DNA of 64,000 nucleotides, taken from positions 1,860,001 to 1,924,000 of the forward strand of contig JAYWIR010000002.1 in NCBI GenBank assembly GCA_036172245.1. The letters are read 5' to 3'. The notes under the pieces were generated by a model. That model did not search any database and had not been told where the DNA came from. It was given only the letters and a program-made list of their open reading frames with translations. This DNA comes from Raillietiella orientalis (Eukaryota). Made by a program: the position numbers and the translations under genes. Each line of letters begins with the position of its first letter. The first letter of the stretch is position 1. Shown here piece after piece: positions 39,770 through 49,422 of the stretch.

Positions 39770-40300
39770 GTTCCGGTGACCAGCAAGGAGCAGGAGAATC
39801 TTCCTGGAACTCTTCTCTGCCTCAGGAGACAGTGGATCGTGAGGCGCTCAAAACAAGGGGGGGGGAACTGAACTTGCGGCACGATCCAAGAGTCTATGCC
39901 GAAAATATTCAGCTTCCTTGCTTTCTCGCCGTGAGTTCTTTGGAGCAGCGGACCTCCTGCTTGCTTGCTCCTTCGGGATTCCCAACGTCCTCCGACAACG
40001 GGAAAGCCGATTCGACCCCCTTCCTTGCTCAAGCAACCAGAGGATGATGCGGATCTCCCCGTTGCAGATCTATCTTGGATTCTTCTGTATGGCAACCACA
40101 CGAGCGTATTGAGGGTCCCGCGCGCGCACTCGGACGTGGACCCCAGGTTGACCGCGGACGTTCTTTCATGCGGCAGCCGCCGTTGCGGGATGACACCCTC
40201 TTCCCTGACGCGGGAAGAACTGGTCGACGAGGCTTCCCATGAAGCCGCCAGAAGGATCCGGTGGTATTGAGCCAGAGCTCGAAGCTCTCTACCTCTGCAG
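39770..40300 (-). mobile_element. Highly decayed L2/CR1-like LINE 3' relic
   Basis: Fragments TLVWLPYRRIQ and DRAASSVPPP(CFERLTIH) resemble the L2 ORF2 C-terminal LHWLPV..RI and DRAFS..P.LWN.LP motifs; frameshifted. Confidence 0.3.
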
Positions 40301-43300
40301 TGAGGTCACTCGACCTCGGCTGGGGATCTGCTGGAAGCCAGCAGAGCGCGGGCAGGTTGTTTCGGGCGATTCGTTCTTCCCGGAGGCACGGGTCGGAGGT
40401 TCGCAGAGAAGCCTTCGCGAGCAAGGATCAACGGGGACGACTCCTGGAGAGGAGTGGGGAAGGAAGGGAGGAGGAGAGGAAAGACCACGCGTCCTCTACC
40501 ACCCAGAGAGAAGCGTCAGCACGCGGGAAGGAGTCGGCCGTTGTCCCCACACTTTCCTGCTTACCCCTGGAATGCAGGAGCAATAAGGGAGAGAGCGAAG
40601 GAGGAAGGGAATTCTCCGCTCCTCCGCCCCCCCCCCTCTCCCGAGAGAAGGCCGTGAGTGAGTCCGGGGAGAGCCGCGCGCGCACGGAACGGCAGCGGAT
40701 CGACGGAACCATAGAGATGCGGGACGCTGGAAAGAGATCCTCCCCACTCCAGTACACCTCATGGCAGGGAAGGGGAGTTTATCGGTATTTCGTGGGGAGT
40801 CTTGCTTTGGACCCACCCTTGCGAACGCCCGGGAGCTTAGCAACCGTCCTTTCGCACGTGCGTCCTTTCTTTCGATGGATCTTGGCGCTTCGTTCTCCCG
40901 CGTGAGGTCGGGCGAACGACAGGCCCCGGCAACAGTGAAGAGGGTGGACTGCTTTCAGGGCGCGCAAGAGCGCGTGAGAGGGGGAGAGGAAGGGGGGTTG
41001 GTCCTCCCGACTTCCTCCTCCCCACGCGGGAAGGAGGACGGGTTTTCGGTACTGGAGTGTCCAGTACCGAAAACCCCCTCCCCCTACTCTGGCGCTTTTC
41101 GTTTCCTCGAGGAAGAGGGGCGGGGACCTGGGTAAGGGTCCTCCGTCCCTCTGAAGGATCCCAAAGGCGAAGACTACCGGCGTTGTCTCCAACTTGCCCT
41201 GGGCGGGGCAGCAGGGCTGGCCGAAGAAGGCACTTCCGGAGCCGAAGGGCCCGCAGCGTCATACCCGAGGGCTCCAGAGGAGGGGGCGCGGGAGAGGGAG
41301 GATGAGACGGTACCGCCGCAGAGCGACCTCGCAGGAAAGGGGAGAGGAGCGTCAGCGTCTCCTGAAAGGGATCCCCTCTCCAGGGAGGAGGGTCCCTTTC
41401 GGGGAAGCCAGCGCCCCCGAAAGGCAGCGCCCTTGCCGGACCTTGCCTTTCCCCCTGTCCTTGGGAAGAACGTCCATGGGGAAGGGGAGGGGGGGGAAAG
41501 AGGAGCGGAAACTTTGCAGAGGACGGACATTGGGAGGAGGAAAGGGGCGGGTGCAACCCGCCCTGACTTCATCGCTCCCCCCCCGTCATCGTCCTGGGGG
41601 CGGCGCGCGCATCGACCCTCCCACTCTGCCGTCGCCGCCTCCGCCGCCTACATTCCCCGGGCACCGGCGGTCCTTCGGGAAGAGGTGGGGTAGCAGTGTC
41701 GGTCGTCTGCGTTTCCGGGCGCGTCCGGCGGCAAAGCGGTCCTCGCCCTCATTGTCAGCGAGGAATCTCGTGCGAGCCGGAGAGGAAAGGAAGGAAGGAA
41801 GGGGGGGGGAGGGAATCCGAGCCGCGAGGGAACAAAGGCCGGGACGGAACACCTGGAGCAGGCAGGAACGCGCGCTCCTCACCATTGTGTCTTCCCGATG
41901 ACAGCTGCCCCTCATGCTTTTACAGGCGGCGGTCGAGGAGGGAGCGAGTGCGCCCGTGCTGGGAAAAAAAAAAATTCAACAATCGGAGTGGCACTGGTGC
42001 TGCCGCCTCGCTTGCATTCCTGCAAGCGGCAGTGACCTCTCCATCTACTTGGCGCGTCGGTGGTCCCTTCGAGGAGGGGAGCGGCGCAGTCCCTCGTCCC
42101 TTCTCCCGTTCCCTGGCTCGCGCCCGTGCGGCAGGAGCGCAGGGAGGTTGGTCGCGAAGGGAGGACGGGAGAAACGACGAGCGCTGGAACAACGGACGAT
42201 GGGTCGGCTCGTTGGTCCCCCACCCACCCAGTTAGTCCTCACCTCCCCCACTTCCCTCACTCATCTCCCTCCCGCCAGCGAGCTGGGCGCGAACTCCTTC
42301 CCTTTCCAAGAGGACTCGCCGCCTGCCCTCTCCGAGCAGACGGCAGAGGCGGAGCGACCGCGAGAGAGCCCGAGGGTCCCAGAGGCGGGGGCAGGCGAGT
42401 GAGGTCGCAGAGGTCGCGGGTCACGACCCACACAGCCTTGCGCGAAACGAAGACGGCGGAAACAAAGAGGAGGGGGACATCCCCGCTGGGACGCTTCGCC
42501 TCTCCCGCGCGAGGTTCGCTGGGGCCGCAGCATCGGAGAAAACGCGAGGGGGCGCGCCCTCGCTTGGATGCCTCCGACTCCAAAAAGCAGAGCGAAAGAG
42601 CGCAGGCAGAGTCGGTGCTTCGGTCGCCGGCGTTCCCAGTCTGAGCGGGAAATTCAGTTGTTGTTGTTATCTTTTTAATTTGTTGTTTTTTTTCATCTTT
42701 TCATTTTTATTTTATTTTTTTCTAGCTCGCGATGCTCGCTTCCCTCCAGGCGGCTTTTGGACTCACTCTTGTTGACGCCGAGTATCGTAGCGACCGTACT
42801 TTTGCGCGCGCGCCGCGATGCCCCGCTCGGACTGGTTGCCGTTGTTCCCTGGCGCCATCTGCACGACGTCACGGGAACGAACACGCACAGAAGAAGCAAA
42901 AAACGATTCTGTGGACCACGGTGCGCATGCTCGCTCGCATCTCGCGTCTTCGGATGGAGGTCGTAAGTTGCATCGGACCATGCCGCCACGATCACGTGAC
43001 GAGTGAAAACCGTCCGATCCTGCCCAAGATCAGCCTCACATGATCGAAACCGCGTGGGGACACGTGCGCGCGCGCCGGGACGCATCCCGGAACCGCTTCC
43101 CTGCTGGGCCGCCTCCGATTCGTGTCGCAGCGTCGGCTCCCGCTCGTCGCGAGCGGGAACCGCCGTCGTCGCGCCACGCCGGTCGGTCGGCAACGGCCCA
43201 TCCTCGCGGGTCCTGTCAAACGGAGCGGAGGTGCTGGCGCGCGCGGGAGGGTACCCTAAGCTTCCCGTTGCCTGGGCAGCCGAGCAGCTGGCTCTCGCCT

Positions 43301-43359
43301 TTTCTTCCTAATTGCGAAACAGGCGAGCAGTAATTTACTTTTCTTTTCGAATCTGCACC

Positions 43360-43460
43360 TAAAAAAGCCGCCATGTTGAGCGCGCGCGTCACGTCATTGG
43401 CTGAGCGTCGAATCACGCAATCGATCGTTCACCAATCGCCATACTTTTGTCGGTAAATGG
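43360..43460. promoter_or_regulatory. Housekeeping-type promoter motif cluster (YY1, CRE-like, two CCAAT)
   Basis: GCCGCCATGTTG (YY1) 43367-43378; TCACGTCA 43389-43396; ATTGG 43396-43400; CCAAT 43432-43436; second CGCCAT 43437-43442; CpG-rich context. Confidence 0.55.
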
Positions 43461-43970
43461 TTGCGTTTCCGTTTTTCCCTTTCAAAATGACGATTATCGA
43501 CGTATCGTGTGTGTGTGTATGTGTGTGTGTTTTTCGGGGGGGGGGGGAGAGGGGGAGCTTCTTTTTGTTTTACTTTTGCCGTTATGGTATTTGTCTGAAG
43601 ATCACGAATTGTTTGTTTGCTCTCTTGCTCTTCCCCCCCCACACACACACAAAAAAAAAAGTAGGCCGCTTTTTTTCCCCTCAATGGTTCGAAAGCGTCT
43701 TTCGCTCAGAGTTTCTGCGCGATCCGCTTCGTTTACATTAATTGTGAGGCACGGAGTGCCGCCGCCGCCGCTGCAATCCCAAATCCCTCTGCAGAGAGAC
43801 ATGCGTTCGGGGAACGGGCGTGGAGGGGAGGGGGAGCAGGACGCGAGCCATCTTTCGATCCCGATTTCGGGGGAAGGTGGGAGGGGGGGGGGGAGGAATT
43901 GGCCTTGCTTCTGTTCGGCGATTCAACCTTCCTTTCGAAATTCTTGAGTAATGGCTGAAACCGCAAAGTT

Positions 43971-43977
<7 letters not shown>

Positions 43978-44008
<31 letters not shown>
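43978..44008. repeat. (CA)n microsatellite
   Basis: Seen directly. Confidence 0.95.
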
Positions 44009-44011
<3 letters not shown>

Positions 44012-47000
44012 GCTGGATGCTCCCCAAGCGGTGAAAGCAGGACGCGAGGATCGTCAGCGGGAACCGAGGAGGCAGATAGAAGATAAGCCGCCGCCGCCGC
44101 CCTCTACTGATGGCGGCGCGCGCGACCGTTTTCTTTCTCGCAACGCCCCGCTGCTGCTGTCCCCTGCCTCGTTCCAGGGAAGCCGAGCTCTTCCCCGAGG
44201 AGCAGATGGCGACCCCCTCCCCCACCCCCAAACGGCAACAATGTGCAACAGTGGCGAAGGACGAAAAAAAATAAAAAGAATGGAGGAGGATCCTCGGAGG
44301 AGAGGATATCCTGGCGTCGGGAGTGGGACGGGAAACTGTGTTTCGCGAATGGCTTCTATTTTTGAGGGAAGCTTCGTTATCTCCTTTAAAGGCGAGCTTC
44401 TTTTTTTTTTTTTCCTTCCTTTTTTTTCCTTTTTATTTTTAGATGCATCGCCTTGATTGTTTACCCATAGCAAAAATACGAGGAAACCGGCGGCTGTTTA
44501 CTATTGCGGAAATGGTAAACAGCTGCCAGTTGGCTTGTCCGTCACTTAGCCGGATCCGTCACCCTGACAACGAGTGGCGCTTTTTCTTCCTGGGAAGCAA
44601 AAAGTTACGTGTTGCGCGTCACTTGAACCCGCCGTGCGCGTGCGTGCGAGCGAACTCGGCTACGTTGAGGAACGAAGAAAAAAAAAAGCAAAGCGAAGCA
44701 AGGGCAAAGGACATTCTTCCTCTTTTTTCCTTTTTTTTTTTTTTTTTCTGTAAGGGGAGACCTACCTCCTCCCCTTCTCCTCCTCCCTCGTACGACGAGA
44801 CTTGCCGCTGTCCGTAGAGATGAACTGCGTTCTCCCGGACAGTTTCGCTTAGAACACGGATGCGTGTGTAAAGAAGGGGGGAGCAAATCTGCTGTGGAGC
44901 ACCTCGGGGAGGAGGAGGAGGAAGCTGTCCGCCTAAGAGGGTTCGCGTGTCTCAGCGCGCGCGGACGAGTTGGGCTCTCTCAGCTGGAGCTCCCGCAAGT
45001 TTGTAAACAACCCGGAAAACCCTCGCCGCAACCCCTGGAAACACCCGGCGGGCATTCGGTGAAGCTCCTCCTCCTCCTTTTCCTCCCGCCCCGGACCCAT
45101 AGCGTCCAATCCTTCCCCGAGGTGAAGGGGCGAAGCCGCTCCTCGTTCCCTTGGTGACCGGTCCTACGTTCCTGAGACCCAAGAAGGGAGGGGCTGTGTG
45201 CTGCCGCGATGCGTTCCCCTCGGGATGCTGCGAAACTGCTCTTCTCCTTCTTCTGCCCCCCCCCCCCTTCCCCCATTCTCCTCGCTTTCCCCTCCCTCAG
45301 AAACAAAGGAAAGGCTCAGGTCCTGAGGCTCCGTGGTGGTAGAGAAAAACGACCACGACAGCACGAGTTCCTCTAACGCCGGGCATGCTCCCGGTTGTTT
45401 CTCTGTCTCGCGCACGCGCGCGCCCTCGTAGCTCCCGTTGAAACTGAACGGCGGTGTTTCTTCCTTTTTCTGGAAAGGTCCCTTGGGTCTTCTCCTTTTC
45501 CTTGCACTCTCAACGCAACGCAGCCGTCCCGGTCCCGACTGAATACGATCGCCACATCCGACGGGAGAAGCACGGCAAAGGACAGAGGCGGGACGCAGGA
45601 AGCTGTCTCTCCTCTTCACCCGCAGGGGGGAGGGGAGCACACTGGCGGTTTCGGTGGGAGCACCAGCGGCAGGATGCCCGAGCATCCGAAGAACCATGGC
45701 AGGAGACCGGATGATTGTGGAAAATCCAGATGGAACAGCAAATCCGGCGCCCTCTTCGCGGCACAGTTCGTCATCACTCCCCGCTCCCGATTTCCCGTTC
45801 TCTTCCAGTCCCGAACTCGCGCGGATGGTTCCCAGAGTGGTGCGGCCGCTAGGCTGCGGCAGGGCGGGTGACACGCCCGCGGAGTTTTCCGATGATGGGA
45901 CGCCAAACTAAGAGCCTCTCTTGCCGATCCCCGTCCTTTCCTTTTCTCTGGAAGCGCAAGCGGGAAGGAAGTGGGGCGATGCGTCCACGAGACAACAGCA
46001 GGACGACGCTCCTGCCGAAGTCCGGCGCTTAGGTCTCCCTCACGCCAGACGTCCGCAATGTCAGCACCTCTTTTTCTTCCTTGACTTTACTAAAACCACT
46101 GCAGACCTACAAGGAAAAAAAAAAAAAAAGGCAGATGGAACAAAGGGAAGGTGATTAGATGATTGGGGTCGAGTAGGAGGACGGGCGAACGGGTTCCATC
46201 CAGTACGTGGAAATCTGCGGATGCTTCTCCAACAACGAGATGCCTCTGCAGCTCAGGGAGCCCCGAGAGATCCCGACACATCAGTCACCCGAAGCAGGTT
46301 CACCGGCTGTTGTCGAGGTGGTCCCTGTCCGTTCCCAAGCGCACACCCGAAAAAATGAACTGCGTTGCGATGACAGGGAAATCCCTTCCCTAACGACCGC
46401 TGTTACTCACTCTTATTGGATTGATAAGAGAACGCGTCACTGCCGATCGCCTGTTCGCTCCTTTCCCCATCCGCCTTCGATAATAGGCATTTGTTTAAAT
46501 GTTCTTATAACTTGTATAAATTATCGCGATTACCAATATCCGGTTTGCTGCGATGCCGTCACCGTCGCCAGCGGACTTTTCTGCGGATCAGCGTGGTCAC
46601 TGGCGCCACAGCGAGCTCGCAGCAGCTGACAGATCGAATCTGCAGCTTCGCGATCTTTCCAGAAAGTCCCATCGGACTCCTTCCGTCCTCCCAGCAAGCT
46701 CTTCCCATGGGCGGCAACGCGGAGGCGAGGACTCCGGGTTCTGGGATGCTGGATAGATGGCTCTTCCCCACGCGAAAATCCACGGACGTGCACCCCGGCC
46801 AAATTCATTCGAACGCGCATCTTCGTTTCAGCTCTCCCCAAGCCGATCCCACACGAATCGGCGGCTTAAAGGATGAGTCTGCGAGTTTGAGGAAAATGAT
46901 GGCGCAATTTAAGGAGAAGCCATATTTGTGAGGGAGCAGACTCGACTTCCTTTCTCGAGGTTCCCAACGCATCCTTTTTCTCTCAAAAGGTAACTCTGCC

Positions 47001-47214
47001 TATCACACCTACTATTTTATAGTTTGCTCCTCCTCAAGTCCCATTAGCGTTTCACGTCCTCGAGGGAGACTGCTTTCGAGAAAGGAATGGCGATTCATCA
47101 GTGGTGATACTCAGGAATCGTTTTTTGATGCTGGAGGATGCTTTCAAGCTCCTTCTGCTAACAAGTCTTGACGTGTTTCTCGACCGATGTGACTGCTTAT
47201 GTAGAGAAAAATGC

Positions 47215-47218
<4 letters not shown>

Positions 47219-47248
<30 letters not shown>
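47219..47248. repeat. (GA)n microsatellite
   Basis: Seen directly. Confidence 0.95.
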
Positions 47249-47253
<5 letters not shown>

Positions 47254-48942
47254 GTACATAATTAAAAAACGTAAACTTTACACATCAGCATGTCAGCGTC
47301 TTTTTTTCTCCTTTTTTGAACTTTCACAGAAAATTATTTGTATTCGTGGCCATGTAGTTTCCATTTCTGGAAAACTGTTAAAGGAAACGCAACCTCATCG
47401 TGAAGGCAAATGTACACCGTCAGAATGCGTTATTGCGGACGGTTGCCGTACACGGGGGACTGCACTAACATTCCAAATGCTTGCATTCAGCAAACACTGC
47501 CCGTTTCCTGCTGGATGGCTTCACGAATTATTGCTCCTACAAACCCAAGGAACCATCCTATTTACTTTTCCGAATGTTTTGCGCGGTATATGCAGTGTCG
47601 CCATAAATTTCCAAACCTCTTACATTCTTTGTAGACATTTGACGCAGAAGCTGAGTGGACTTTTCCATCGTACTAGTAATTATTACACGAAGTATGAAAT
47701 AAAACGCGAATCGTATGGAATCGCTACTCGTTTTTCGATTTCACTAATGCTGGAAGGACTCAGAAATGAGCAAAAACTATTTAGTGACGGATTTTCGCAA
47801 AAACTTTACCGAATAAGAAGATTCTTTTTAAAACACACACACAAAGGAAGAAGAAGAAAATGCGCCGTTGTAAGGACGTCAGCTCTCTATTCGCATTTTA
47901 TGCGAACTCCAAATTCAGGGGAATGTTTGATTTGTCTCTCACTCTATAATACAAAGGAGTTATACAAAAGATCCAAACGTTACCCGCCAACGTACTTGTA
48001 CAATCACGGTTCGCAAACAGTAATAAAAACGAGCGTGCTCCGAATTGCATTCACTTCTTTCAAGTCGCCTCTGAACGTTTTTTTTGTTGTTGTTGTTTAT
48101 TTATTTATTTATTTATTATTATTTTTTTTTTTGGGGGGGGGAGACCCTGTCAAATACCGTCATACAGTTCGAGGGGTAATGAAATAACAAAAATATTCGA
48201 GTTTTTTTTCGTGTGTGTTGTTCCGCGAGCGCGCGGGGTCGCGCTCGCGTACTCGGACGTCAAAGGCAACTCTTCAGAAGGGTGCCCGAAGAATGTGCTA
48301 TTGATTTTATAATCGATAATTCGTTCAGATGGAATCGTCGGAGGCAGTGAACTCCCCACAACTCCACGAAAGTTTGTGGGTGTCTGCTAGCCAGCCAGAG
48401 AGAGCATCGTGAAATTCCGTTGGTACCTAAAATGAATGCATTCAGCAAATCAGCCGGATCGAATCGTTTCCGTGCAGCAATACTGCGTTCTCACTTGTTA
48501 CATTAAAATGTAAATTTGAAGTGAGGATTCATTTTGTTTTCCATTAAAAGAAAAGCAAAAAGAAGGATGAAAAATTTGATGCATAACAATTATTCAGCCG
48601 TGAACATGAATTTGTACTGGTGGTTGTTTTTTTTTTTTTTTTTTTTTGGTCCAAGGAAATTGCTTGCGCAGAAATTGCATGTGGCAAACGTTGATTGGAT
48701 GTACCATAAAATGATGTTCCTTACATTTCTCTTATTACCGTTTGGCATTTCATAAATTCCTGATCAAAGCGCCCACAGAACTGACTGGTCACGAGGACCT
48801 TGCTCAAAAACCTTTATTCTGTATATGTTTAACGATATATTCGTCGTGTTTAAAGAGTGTTCTGTATGATTGATTTGCCCGTTCATTAAAACATAAACGG
48901 ACTTTAAAGTTGTACATGAAAAGAGAGAGAGAGAGAGAGAGA

Positions 48943-49422
48943 CTAAGAACAAAGCATTTCTGGATGGAGAAAACCTCTGTATACTAATTTTCGAACAAGC
49001 TTGGGTGAAGGAATAATGTGCCCAAAGATAATGTTCTGCGCATCTCTTAAATCTTTTGCTCTAATTTTCGTCTTCCATTCATTGTAACCGTGCCATCTGC
49101 GATTCAGTCTGATGTGCTGATAAAAGACGAGACTTACACGTGCAGGATGAGTGTAATCTGGCTGCTGAAGAGCACTTGTCGCATGCAATTCTTGCTGGGC
49201 ACATTCTAAGAGAATGGAGCCAAGGGGCAGAGCCAGGCTAACACCTCCTTGTTTTTCTGTATCGACCGGCCTGACGCAGGAATAATCATGGTCGTATAGA
49301 CTTGGATTAGGATGCAATGTGAAGAGTGGATCAGGAATGGAATGAGGCCGGTACTGAGGTAGTATATGGAACTGTTCATCAGGAACACCATCAACCAGGC
49401 GAGGACAGGTTAAGGTCAGCAC
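48943..49422 (-). CDS. TET: TET terminal coding exon 7 (distal His and 2-OG Arg)
   Basis: DEQFHILPQY...ELHATS..HPARVSLVFYQH..WHG; TAG stop at 48943-48945. Confidence 0.94.
   Translation of the reverse strand: MLTLTCPRLVDGVPDEQFHILPQYRPHSIPDPLFTLHPNPSLYDHDYSCVRPVDTEKQGGVSLALPLGSILLECAQQELHATSALQQPDYTHPARVSLVFYQHIRLNRRWHGYNEWKTKIRAKDLRDAQNIIFGHIIPSPKLVRKLVYRGFLHPEMLCS

Noticed and set aside
40261-42644. Cluster of 130-240-aa ORFs
   Set aside because: Same GC-rich artefact; no motif or splice support.
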